In this document: in pieces, positions 1 through 8,023 of the stretch
How positions within the stretch are numbered: position 1 is the first letter of the stretch
Layout of the letters: each line of letters opens with the position of its first letter
UHGV virus genome: UHGV-0127207
Length of the DNA stretch: 24,457 nucleotides
Reading direction: 5' to 3' (one strand)
From: a virus
The notes under the pieces: model-generated
What the model was told of the DNA's origin: nothing
Databases searched by the model: none
Seen by the model: only the letters and a program-made list of their open reading frames with translations
Program-made: the position numbers and the translations under genes

Positions 1-1063
1 CTTCTCCCAAACCAAGGTATGCGAGAAGACCAGCGACATCCTTTCCACTCAAATTAGTCAGCGTATTGTCCAGCGGTTGTTTACCTGCCAGCGCATTAAG
101 CATTGTCGTGGCAAAGTTCGGATCATTCCCCAACGCCGACGCCAGTTCGTTCAGTGTATCCAGTGCCGCAGGTGCAGAACCTACCATTGCTGCAATCGCC
201 GATTTCACAAAAGCCGTGGTGGCAATCTGTGTATTGTTGACCGACTGTGCAGCAGTGGGGGCTGTTGGCGTTCCGGTGAGTGCCGGACTCGACAACGGCG
301 CTTTCAGTGCCAGCGCATTGTTAATGGTGGTACTGAAATTCGGATCATTGTTAATGGCTGCGGCTATTTCTTTCAGCGTGTCCAGCGTGGCTGGCGCACC
401 ATTAATAAGAGCCGTCAGTGCCGCCTGAACAAACGCGGTGGTCGCAACCTGCGTGGTGTTATTCCCTGCCGCTGGAGTTGGCGCTTTTGGTGTCCCGGTA
501 AACGTCGGACTTTCTTTGGGTGCATACTGTGAATGCGGGTCCGGTGCGGCAAGATGTTTTGCCATCTGATCATCCACGTACACCTTCAGCTCCAGTACCT
601 TGTCATCCACATACTTGCGGGTTGCCAGCACTACGGCAGGGTCGATTTTCAGGGTGATATTGTCCGTGCTGCTGGTAATCAGCACCATGCGCACGGTCTG
701 GGTACGCCCGCTGCCTTCAGCCAGTTGCGGCTTATAGCTTTCCGGGCAGTTGCCCACGGCAATCAATGCCCCGGACTCATCAAACAGGCCCACTTCACGT
801 ATCCACCAACCGCCCTCGTTTTCAGGGATCACCTGTTCAGCAATAATCTGGCTGCTGTTCTGCGGGTCGATATAGAGCATATTCAGCGCAGCCCGGCGTT
901 TCTCATTTACCAATGCTGTCTGCTTGGCGTCCGGCGTTGGCAATGTTCCGCCGCCATCGCCCACCGCCATATGGGTAATTTTTAGCGGCACACCGAGCGC
1001 GGCGGCGCTGGCAAGTTTCGCCGCGCCAATATCCGTCAGCAGGGTATAAAATTTTGTGCTCAT
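1..1063 (-). CDS. H: Tail fibre protein gpH, N-terminal part (gene continues past window start)
   Basis: ATG at 1063-1061 on minus strand translates MSTKFYTLLTDIGAAKLASAAALGVPLKITHMAVGDGGGTLPTPDA..., followed by repeated ...NDPNF(S/A)TT... motifs typical of P2-family tail fibres; start overlaps gpI stop (ATGA); frame open where hand-checked; absent from ORF track because it has no stop in the window. Confidence 0.85.
   Translation of the reverse strand, partial: MSTKFYTLLTDIGAAKLASAAALGVPLKITHMAVGDGGGTLPTPDAKQTALVNEKRRAALNMLYIDPQNSSQIIAEQVIPENEGGWWIREVGLFDESGALIAVGNCPESYKPQLAEGSGRTQTVRMVLITSSTDNITLKIDPAVVLATRKYVDDKVLELKVYVDDQMAKHLAAPDPHSQYAPKESPTFTGTPKAPTPAAGNNTTQVATTAFVQAALTALINGAPATLDTLKEIAAAINNDPNFSTTINNALALKAPLSSPALTGTPTAPTAAQSVNNTQIATTAFVKSAIAAMVGSAPAALDTLNELASALGNDPNFATTMLNALAGKQPLDNTLTNLSGKDVAGLLAYLGLGE
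85..500 (-). repeat. Imperfect tandem duplication (about 220 bp period) inside tail fibre gene H
   Basis: Compare 91-146 with 312-359 and 181-258 with 409-480; translated units TQVATTAFVQAALTALINGAPATLDTLKEIAAAINNDPNFSTT and TQIATTAFVKSAIAAMVGSAPAALDTLNELASALGNDPNFATT. Confidence 0.6.
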
Positions 1064-1665
1064 GGATTCACTCTCATTGTGTCAATAACATGGACCGCCC
1101 CGCCTTCATGCGCGGTGCCGCCGGAAATAATTGTTTCGTTGATATACGGATAGATCGTGATTTCTTCGCCAAGATAGCTGGCGGCCCCCACCCAATGCGG
1201 ACCGCTGGTCTGCAGATTGATGGACATGCCGATCATGTGACGGCTACATGGTTTGGCATCGCTTATCAGCCGCTCAAGTTCCAGATAGGTATCTTCAGTG
1301 ATGCCCTGGTCCTGCACGCCGATATCCAGGCGAAACGTGCCCGGTGTTTCTCCGGTCTGCCACCACTCAATAATGCGGATCAGGAATCCGAACGGTTCCA
1401 CCACCCGCCGCACGGCACTGGTAGTTCCTTTATGCTGATGAATATAAAAAGCATCCTTCACTACCTGGCGTTTGACGCTTTCTGTCCAGCCCTCGTCCCA
1501 GCGATCCACAGAGAACGCCCAGGCGAGATAAGGCAGGAAGCTGATCGGACAGGTAGCCGGATTCCACAAGTCACGCAGCGGCACCTGCAGATCAGAAATC
1601 CCGCTACAGGTTTGCGCCAGTCGGCGCTCCAGTGAAGTTGAACCCGGTGGCAGCAGACTATTCAT
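1060..1665 (-). CDS. I: Baseplate assembly protein gpI
   Basis: 201 aa ORF; position between J and H in conserved P2 order V-W-J-I-H; overlaps J stop and H start. Confidence 0.85.
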   Translation of the reverse strand: MNSLLPPGSTSLERRLAQTCSGISDLQVPLRDLWNPATCPISFLPYLAWAFSVDRWDEGWTESVKRQVVKDAFYIHQHKGTTSAVRRVVEPFGFLIRIIEWWQTGETPGTFRLDIGVQDQGITEDTYLELERLISDAKPCSRHMIGMSINLQTSGPHWVGAASYLGEEITIYPYINETIISGGTAHEGGAVHVIDTMRVNP

Positions 1666-2566
1666 CCGTTCCTCCGTTGGTTACGCTCCACTGCGTACAT
1701 GATGCCGCCTGTGTTTTGTTCAGGACCACATCCGCCAGCGGAGAAGCCAGTTCCACACGTTGAACACCCTCAACATGCAGAGCAGCAAAGATGGCGCTAC
1801 GGCGAATATCCCGACCAAGCCTCGTCTGGCTGGCAATGTACTTCTGCAGACTGGCTTTTGCCGCTGCCATTACCGGCTCTGCTTCCGGTCCCGGATAGAG
1901 AAAAATGGTGGCTTCCACGCGATACGGGATGATTTCTGCGCTGCGAACCGTAAGACGGTCAGCCACCGGGCGGACGTTCTCACTGTTCAGAGCTTTTTCC
2001 ACCACGTCCAGCAGGTCTTTTTCTGCAGTTCCATCGCCTTCGCGGCTAAGGACAGTCAGCACCACCTCTGCAGGTGCCGGGCTGGTTGCACTGGCATCCG
2101 CCACCCGACCGTCGGCGCTTCGGGCATGAAATTCATAAGCTGCAGTTGGCCCCGCAACTGAAAGCCCTTCAAAGGCTGCAGGCACACGCAGGCGTAACGC
2201 TTCATCGCTTTCCATCACAGCTGCAACGGGCGGCACAGCGTCATTATCAGCAGGCGTCACCGTCAGGCGTTTCACGTTGTAGTTGGCGGCGAGCTGGTCC
2301 AGATCGCCCCCTATGGCATAAGCCACCATCACCGCCTGCGCGGCTTCGTTAATGCGCTGGCGCAGAAGCAACTCACGGTAAGCATTCTCCTGCAACAATT
2401 TGGTGACGGGTTCAGATTCCAGCTCCAGCGTGCGGATCACTGCTTCCTGCTCATCTTTCGGATGAAGCGCCACAAATTCTGCCTTGCGTTCGGCAAGCAG
2501 CGTCTCAAAGTCCGGCACATCCACAATCTGCGGCGCAGGCAGCTGCGAAAGGTCAATCACTGCCAT
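1658..2566 (-). CDS. J: Baseplate assembly protein gpJ
   Basis: ORF 1658..2605; ATG at 2566 (MAVIDLSQLPAPQIVDVPDFETLL...) gives 302 aa as in P2 J; the upstream GTG at 2605 is the alternative start. Confidence 0.85.
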   Translation of the reverse strand: MAVIDLSQLPAPQIVDVPDFETLLAERKAEFVALHPKDEQEAVIRTLELESEPVTKLLQENAYRELLLRQRINEAAQAVMVAYAIGGDLDQLAANYNVKRLTVTPADNDAVPPVAAVMESDEALRLRVPAAFEGLSVAGPTAAYEFHARSADGRVADASATSPAPAEVVLTVLSREGDGTAEKDLLDVVEKALNSENVRPVADRLTVRSAEIIPYRVEATIFLYPGPEAEPVMAAAKASLQKYIASQTRLGRDIRRSAIFAALHVEGVQRVELASPLADVVLNKTQAASCTQWSVTNGGTDE

Positions 2567-2912
2567 TCTCTGCTCCTGTTGATACGGAAAGGGAAACAGG
2601 CACACCGTTATTACGCCGCCCGGTCAGCTCCACCACCATTGAACCGTCAAAATTGCTGTTAATGGTGATGGAATCCAGCGTCAGCCGTGGCTCCCAGCGA
2701 CTCAGCGCCACATACACTGCCGACATGACCTGCAGGCGTAATGCCGGATTTTGTGGCTGGTCTATCAGTGCCGACAGCAGGGAACCATATTCCCGACGGG
2801 CAATGCGGCTACCCTGCGGCGTCAGCAAAATGTCCCGCACCGACTGGCGCAGATGATCAATATCAGTAATGGCTTTACCGCTGGTATTGTTCATCCCGCT
2901 ATAAAGCGTCAT
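2553..2912 (-). CDS. W: Baseplate protein gpW
   Basis: 119 aa ORF between V and J; start overlaps V stop; size and position match P2 W. Confidence 0.85.
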   Translation of the reverse strand: MTLYSGMNNTSGKAITDIDHLRQSVRDILLTPQGSRIARREYGSLLSALIDQPQNPALRLQVMSAVYVALSRWEPRLTLDSITINSNFDGSMVVELTGRRNNGVPVSLSVSTGAENGSD

Positions 2913-3487
2913 ACCGGGCCTCCGGTTGTGTCGCCGCCTTTCAGGACGTCAGTATGCTGATGCGCATCAACCACGATCCCGTTAGAACTCATCGCTCCGC
3001 CGCCCTGGGTAACGCCACCATTGATCACCACTTCGCTGTTAATGCGCGTGCGGTCAGCCTCCAGTACAAACTCACTGGTTTTCATGGTGATGTTGTCAGC
3101 GGCCTCAATGACCATTGATTTGATGCCCCTGACATACCAGCGCCCGGTAGTGGGTTCGTATTCAAACCAGCCGCCGTCAGGATGTTCTGTCACGCAGGCG
3201 TCTGCCGACGTCGACGGTGGTGCGAACTGATTCGAATAGACAGCGGGCAGCGCAAAGGCAGTTTCCAGATTGCCGCCCAGACTCAGCAGCACCACCTGCT
3301 CACCTTCCGATGGTCGCCACCATGTGCGGGCATTCCCGGCACGCAGCGTCAGCCAGCTGATCCAGTTGGTTTCAAGCTCGCCCGTTTTCACCCGGCAAAG
3401 CCAGTTTTCCCGGTCCACTTCGGTGACTACACCAGTGCGGATCAGGTTGGTGATAAGGCGCATGATTTCGGTTAGTTGTGCGTTCAT
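2909..3487 (-). CDS. V: Baseplate spike/assembly protein gpV
   Basis: ORF 2909..3595; ATG at 3487 (MNAQLTEIMRLITNLIRTGVVTEVDRENWLCRV...) chosen as start; P2 gpV-like; first gene of the V-W-J-I-H operon. Confidence 0.85.
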   Translation of the reverse strand: MNAQLTEIMRLITNLIRTGVVTEVDRENWLCRVKTGELETNWISWLTLRAGNARTWWRPSEGEQVVLLSLGGNLETAFALPAVYSNQFAPPSTSADACVTEHPDGGWFEYEPTTGRWYVRGIKSMVIEAADNITMKTSEFVLEADRTRINSEVVINGGVTQGGGAMSSNGIVVDAHQHTDVLKGGDTTGGPV

Positions 3488-3582
3488 AGGGTTAGGTTGC
3501 ACGGACCTTGAATCTATGGCATCAATACGTCCTTGTGTGGTAAATGACACAAATACAATTCCAATCAAAGAAAGGTAAAAGA

Positions 3583-4113
3583 ATGAGCCATCCAATTGAT
3601 TATTACGCTATAGAAGAACACGCAAGAATAATTGAGCAATTATGCTGTTCATCTGAATTTTATTTACAGCGTATATATTCCACACAGAAAGTATATGATG
3701 GTTCTATAGTAACTGAATTTGAAATGGAGGAGTTATCGTACAACGGATGGTTGGAATATACCATTAGCAACAATCTTATTAGCCTTTGTACAAAACTACG
3801 AATTCTCCAAGACACTAGTGAACATGAGTGGAACCCAGATTACTCACCTGAGAAAGAAGCATTTGAAGAACATGAAAATATACTTTTTGTTATAGATGGT
3901 CATGTTAAAGATTCTATACGCGAATGCTGCAATAAAATTATTCACGCATTAAGTTTTGAGTTAACAAAAAAGACCGGCAAAAATGGAATAAAATATTGGG
4001 ACGGTTCTATTATTGCTTCTGGGGTTCAAAACAAAAAAAACTGGAAAATTAAAATAGACCTTTTCCCTTTTTGCCAAAGCATAAAAAGTTATTTAAGTTT
4101 ATTAAGAGCGTAA
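3583..4113 (+). CDS. Hypothetical protein of unknown function (moron inserted between tail genes S and V, opposite strand)
   Basis: ORF 3544..4113; ATG at 3583 preceded by AAAGG with 7 nt spacer; visibly A+T-rich; opposite orientation to all flanking structural genes; no motif I can recognise. Confidence 0.6.
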   Translation: MSHPIDYYAIEEHARIIEQLCCSSEFYLQRIYSTQKVYDGSIVTEFEMEELSYNGWLEYTISNNLISLCTKLRILQDTSEHEWNPDYSPEKEAFEEHENILFVIDGHVKDSIRECCNKIIHALSFELTKKTGKNGIKYWDGSIIASGVQNKKNWKIKIDLFPFCQSIKSYLSLLRA

Positions 4114-4118
4114 ACATT

Positions 4119-4571
4119 CTAATTTTTCATCAATAAATACTTTAAAAGTAAATCTCTTACTTCATTTTCAGTATGTTCATTTAAACCCAGCAATTTTCGG
4201 GATGGATACTTAATGACTCCCCCCTTTGGACTGACGCGATCGCGCAGACCGTAGTGATGAACACGGGCAATACGCTGTACCTTACCTTCAAACTGTACGC
4301 TGGCAGAATCCGCGCTGGCGGCAGTTCTCAGGTATTTTGTAGTGCGCAGCTTTGCAAACATCTGACGTTTGATGCGCCCCTTCTTGCTGCGTGCTGTTAC
4401 CCTGCGCGGCTCATAACTGCTGCCATCTGGATTGCGCTGCATCCTGATATTCTGCTGCTGTGTCCGGCGCAGTTCCTGCGCCAGCTGGCGCATCATTCGG
4501 CTTCTTGCGGCTGGTTCCAGATTCGCCAGCAAAGCACTCAGCCAGTCGTCCACCTTCTGCAGTTCAGCCAC
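4119..4571 (-). CDS. S: Tail completion protein gpS
   Basis: 150 aa ORF (MAELQKVDDWLSALLANLEPAARSRMMRQLAQELRR...), P2 gpS-like; overlaps R stop. Confidence 0.85.
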   Translation of the reverse strand: MAELQKVDDWLSALLANLEPAARSRMMRQLAQELRRTQQQNIRMQRNPDGSSYEPRRVTARSKKGRIKRQMFAKLRTTKYLRTAASADSASVQFEGKVQRIARVHHYGLRDRVSPKGGVIKYPSRKLLGLNEHTENEVRDLLLKYLLMKN

Positions 4572-5016
4572 GTTTCACCGTCCACATTTCTTCAGGTTCA
4601 TCGGGTTCCGCTACTGCTTCAACGCTCGACACACTTCCGTCAGTGCTGACCAGCACACGTTCCGTCAGTTGCAGGTTGAGGCTGATATCACAGACATCGT
4701 TGCGCAGAATATCCACCTCAAAGGTGAATAACTTTTCCCGTAACGCCGGATTATTGATGGCATCGGGCTGGTTATCACGCAGCCACAGCAAAACCGGGGC
4801 CATCAGCAGATTCTGGTCGCCGCTGAAATCCTCAATCACCACGTTGAGGGTATAACGGTACTCCCATGACATGGAGCTGGCCCCCGTGGCAACCAGCGAA
4901 CCGTTATCCACAAACAGATGCAGCTTATCCGGGTTATTGCGGACATAAGGCACTGCTTTATTGAGGGCGTGGCGCAGGGATTGTGGTTTGTTCACTGTTT
5001 CGCTCCTGACACGCAA
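4564..5016 (-). CDS. R: Tail completion protein gpR
   Basis: 150 aa ORF immediately after lysC; P2 gpR-like; conserved order lysC-R-S. Confidence 0.85.
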   Translation of the reverse strand: MRVRSETVNKPQSLRHALNKAVPYVRNNPDKLHLFVDNGSLVATGASSMSWEYRYTLNVVIEDFSGDQNLLMAPVLLWLRDNQPDAINNPALREKLFTFEVDILRNDVCDISLNLQLTERVLVSTDGSVSSVEAVAEPDEPEEMWTVKRG

Positions 5017-5248
5017 TAATCATGTCCACTTTGTCTGCACAGACCGCCCAGGCGGCCTCCGTTTCATCCAGCAATGCGTTCAGATCACCGTTAGTGCGCG
5101 GCGCTGCCTGCTCCAGCCGACACGGCGTCACTCGCGGACAACCACTGACGGTAAGCTGCACCTCCGGTGAGTGCCGGACGTTCCCGCAGCCGGATAATGT
5201 CAGCAGGCAAAGGAGTATCAGCCCAGCGGCGTAAATCCTCGTTCTCAC
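4958..5248 (-). CDS. lysC: Outer-membrane lipoprotein spanin (LysC/Rz1-like)
   Basis: 96 aa; N-terminal signal with lipobox LTLSGC; starts inside lysB in another frame and runs past its end, the classic overlapped spanin arrangement. Confidence 0.8.
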   Translation of the reverse strand: MRTRIYAAGLILLCLLTLSGCGNVRHSPEVQLTVSGCPRVTPCRLEQAAPRTNGDLNALLDETEAAWAVCADKVDMIIACQERNSEQTTIPAPRPQ

Positions 5249-5519
5249 GTTTCAGTTCCTCGATCCGGTGTTGTCGTTGTCTCAGCAGCGCGCTGGTCTG
5301 TTCTGCTTCGGCATAGAGCCGCGCCTGCTCCCGGTTATTGGTTTCAGCCAGAATGGACAGACTGATCAGCTGGCTATTTTTCTTCGTTAGTTCGTGCGCT
5401 TTACTTTTCAGCGCCGCGCGCTGCGTTTCGATGGTGTGGCTGGCATCAGCCAGCCGCCACATCTGCCAGCCCAGCGACGCCAGTAATAACGCCAGCACAA
5501 CCAGCAGCAACCGGTTCAT
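5091..5519 (-). CDS. lysB: Inner-membrane spanin (LysB/Rz-like)
   Basis: 142 aa; N-terminal hydrophobic segment LLLVVLALLLASLGW followed by charged coiled-coil-like region; contains the embedded lysC start. Confidence 0.8.
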   Translation of the reverse strand: MNRLLLVVLALLLASLGWQMWRLADASHTIETQRAALKSKAHELTKKNSQLISLSILAETNNREQARLYAEAEQTSALLRQRQHRIEELKRENEDLRRWADTPLPADIIRLRERPALTGGAAYRQWLSASDAVSAGAGSAAH

Positions 5520-5893
5520 GCTGCCACCTGTTGCGCCATCTGGTTACGAGTGATCCAGAAGGCAATAACGGTCAGCAGATAAAAGACCAGGGTAATGGCC
5601 CACCCCGTCCAGGCGAGACTTACGATAATCAGCAATCGCATCACCCAACTGATAAATACGTTTTCTTTTCGGGTAATTGTCTTCAGCAAAGATGCCCTTA
5701 ACTCCTGCCAGAGCGGGCCATTCTTAATTAACGCAGCCAGTGCTACCGGAATTACCGCCCATGTCAGCAAACAGGCTACCCAAACGCCGGACGCTGCCAG
5801 TACCGGAAAAATCCCCTGCGGATACACCATTGCTGCGATTAACAGCGCCATCCATAACATCAGAAACAGCCCGCTGATTACTTTCTTTTTCAT
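5516..5893 (-). CDS. lysA: LysA-like multi-pass membrane protein (lysis timing)
   Basis: ORF 5516..6004; ATG at 5893 (MKKKVISGLFLMLWMALLIAAMVYP...) taken as start, directly after the K stop at 5895; about four hydrophobic segments; position K-lysA-lysB as in P2. Confidence 0.7.
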   Translation of the reverse strand: MKKKVISGLFLMLWMALLIAAMVYPQGIFPVLAASGVWVACLLTWAVIPVALAALIKNGPLWQELRASLLKTITRKENVFISWVMRLLIIVSLAWTGWAITLVFYLLTVIAFWITRNQMAQQVAA

Positions 5894-5894
5894 T

Positions 5895-6407
5895 TCAGTT
5901 TGCTCCCTGTAAGCACCAGGCCATCTCCCGCGCACGGCGGTTATCCAGCCCCTGATTAAACACACCTTTAACATAAACCCAGCGCGGCAACTGTCGGCAC
6001 GCATCCGCCCAGAGCCGCTGATTGAGTAATTTCACCAGTGTGGAACTGCAGGCATTGCCCGTTCCCACGTTGAAGGCAAACGACACCACCGCGTCATACA
6101 CCTTTTGCGGCGGCTGTTGCTTCACACACCTTTCCAGTGCCCGCTCCACACGCAGCACGTTGGAAATCAGCCCTTCTGCTGCCTGTCGTTCCGTGATTGT
6201 TTTGCCGGGAATGACGCCCGATGTATTACCAATGCCGTCGGTCCAGACACCTGCACTGCACTGATACGGCTGCAGACGGCAGCCTTCGTAATCGGCAATT
6301 AGTTTCAGCCCCTCCACGGAGGTGTGAAGCTGCTGAAAACCCGGCAACGTAGCTGCAATAGCCAGCACGGCCCCGACAAGGCAGCGTTTAACGATTGATG
6401 GATTCAT
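5895..6407 (-). CDS. K: Endolysin (T4-lysozyme-like muramidase) with possible N-terminal signal-anchor-release segment
   Basis: 170 aa; weakly hydrophobic Gly/Ala-rich N-terminus KRCLVGAVLAIAATLPGF followed by catalytic-type motif EGLKLIADYEGCRLQPYQCSAGVWTDGIGNT; start preceded by GGGAGGA. Confidence 0.85.
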   Translation of the reverse strand: MNPSIVKRCLVGAVLAIAATLPGFQQLHTSVEGLKLIADYEGCRLQPYQCSAGVWTDGIGNTSGVIPGKTITERQAAEGLISNVLRVERALERCVKQQPPQKVYDAVVSFAFNVGTGNACSSTLVKLLNQRLWADACRQLPRWVYVKGVFNQGLDNRRAREMAWCLQGAN

Positions 6408-6603
6408 AGTCCTCCCGCGAGATCTGCCCGTCGCGCAGAAGCTGGTAGGCTTTATGTTTGTAGTACCAGTTGATAGCCAGCATCAGCACACCAATCATCA
6501 GGCCGCCCAGCGTTGAGGCATCCTTGATGGACAAATCGCCCAGCCAGGCCAGCACGACGGCGATGCAATACGTGATAAAGGCGCTGATTCGCTCAAGCGT
6601 CAT
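6388..6603 (-). CDS. Y: Holin (two transmembrane segments, class II / pinholin-like)
   Basis: 71 aa; two hydrophobic segments ISAFITYCIAVVLAWL and LGGLMIGVLMLAINWYY with charged C-terminus; sits directly upstream of and overlapping the endolysin. Confidence 0.75.
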   Translation of the reverse strand: MTLERISAFITYCIAVVLAWLGDLSIKDASTLGGLMIGVLMLAINWYYKHKAYQLLRDGQISREDYESINR

Positions 6604-6606
6604 AAT

Positions 6607-6810
6607 TCAGTCCCATAGCTGGACGGTCTGCACGGTGGTGGTGGTCGGAATGTCCGGCAGCTCCACCTGCAGCCCGTGAGGTAAAAAGGGGCCGTATTCG
6701 GCAAGCCCCGGATTTGCCTTCAGTACCTGCTCCGTGACACCCTGCGTGCGCCCGTAATGACGCCAGCAAAGTGCGTCCACCGTGTCATACTGATGCGCAC
6801 GCACTTTCAT
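6607..6810 (-). CDS. X: Tail protein gpX
   Basis: 67 aa (MKVRAHQYDTVDALCWRHYGRTQGVTEQVLKANPGLAEYGPFLPHGLQVELPD...), same length and position as P2 gpX. Confidence 0.85.
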   Translation of the reverse strand: MKVRAHQYDTVDALCWRHYGRTQGVTEQVLKANPGLAEYGPFLPHGLQVELPDIPTTTTVQTVQLWD

Positions 6811-7337
6811 CAGATAAGCTCCACTGTGCAGTGCGGCGCATCCTGCACCCGGCTGATGGCCCAGCGGGCGTCACGCCATAAATCACCGCTTGCTTCCGCC
6901 AGTTCCTCGCCTCGCTTCGCACCGGATGCCGTGGCGTCATAGTCCTGGTAACGTTCGTTGAGCATGGCGCGTGCCCAGCAGTAAACCGCGTTGAAATAGT
7001 GCTGAATGCGCTCGCTTTTGCCGTCCAGTTGTTCCGCCGGGACTTCTGCCAGCGAGGCATACCCCAGCATCTGCTGGCGTCTGCGAAACTCATACAGCTC
7101 TGCGTTGACCTCCGAAATTGCCGACAGCGCAACCTGCTTTAAACGCGGCTGCGTCACCGTGCCGTCAGTGCGCATGACACTGCGAAACTCCGACAGGTCC
7201 ACATCAGGCCAGAACGGCGTATTTCTGATGATTTCCGCCTGTTCCGGTGCCTGTTCTGGCGCAACAAACTTCATGCTGCTTTCTCCTGAAATAGAGGGCG
7301 GTGGACGGGGTTTTGATGTGGCAGTGCCTTTCGCCAC
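6810..7337 (-). CDS. L: Head completion/stabilisation protein gpL
   Basis: 175 aa ORF downstream of M; P2 gpL-like. Confidence 0.85.
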   Translation of the reverse strand: MAKGTATSKPRPPPSISGESSMKFVAPEQAPEQAEIIRNTPFWPDVDLSEFRSVMRTDGTVTQPRLKQVALSAISEVNAELYEFRRRQQMLGYASLAEVPAEQLDGKSERIQHYFNAVYCWARAMLNERYQDYDATASGAKRGEELAEASGDLWRDARWAISRVQDAPHCTVELI

Positions 7338-7369
7338 CCCGTGCCGCCCGTGCGCGGGGGCACGTTCTG

Positions 7370-8020
7370 TCAGCGGCTGTCATTGCGCAGTCTGCGCTCC
7401 AGCTGCTGTTTGTCTTTTTTCACGCCACAGCGGGGATCGAGCTGTAACGCATGGTTGAGATGATTAAGGGCAGACGCCGGATTGCCTTCACTCAGGACCG
7501 CGCCAATCGCTTTATGCAGACGCGCCCGTGACTGATCCGGCATATCCAGACCGTCTGTCAGCTCCAGCGTCTGTAGCAACAGATCGGCATCAAAGCCGGT
7601 GGCGGCAAGCATTGCGCTCTGCGCCGCGTCTGCCATTTCCTCTGCCAGCACGGTCTGCACGTTGCGGTTACCCAGCGGCATCACCCACCCATGACGCAGG
7701 GCATGACGCCCAATCTCCAGCGCCCCGGCATAATCTCCGGCATCAATGCGCCACAGCATCACGTACATCAGCACGTCATCCTGTTGAGCTCCTCCGGCAG
7801 CCAGGACGCCCTCCGCCCAGGCGGCATATTTCGGCAGCAGCTCCACCTTGATTTCCGCTTTTTTCACCGTGGACTGAACGCCCTTGAGACGGCGGCGGTC
7901 TTCCGCCAGTTGCAGCAGCATCAGGTCATAGCCCGATGCGTGGCGAACACTGCCGCCCTCACGGGCGGCCTGTTCAGCCTGAACGCGCAGGCGATGCTGC
8001 CGTGCGGGACTCAGGCTCAT
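7370..8020 (-). CDS. M: Terminase small (endonuclease) subunit gpM
   Basis: 216 aa ORF directly downstream of capsid gene N; P2 gpM-like. Confidence 0.85.
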   Translation of the reverse strand: MSLSPARQHRLRVQAEQAAREGGSVRHASGYDLMLLQLAEDRRRLKGVQSTVKKAEIKVELLPKYAAWAEGVLAAGGAQQDDVLMYVMLWRIDAGDYAGALEIGRHALRHGWVMPLGNRNVQTVLAEEMADAAQSAMLAATGFDADLLLQTLELTDGLDMPDQSRARLHKAIGAVLSEGNPASALNHLNHALQLDPRCGVKKDKQQLERRLRNDSR

Positions 8021-8023
8021 GGA

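Noticed and set aside
66-985. Plus-strand ORFs 66..428, 77..532 and 533..985
   Set aside because: They lie antisense to the tail fibre H reading frame, which gives a recognisable P2-type fibre sequence on the minus strand; treated as shadow ORFs in G+C-rich coding DNA.
3544-3582. Upstream ATG at 3544 as start of the S-V moron ORF
   Set aside because: No convincing RBS; the ATG at 3583 has AAAGG at proper spacing. The 5-prime extension is probably untranslated.
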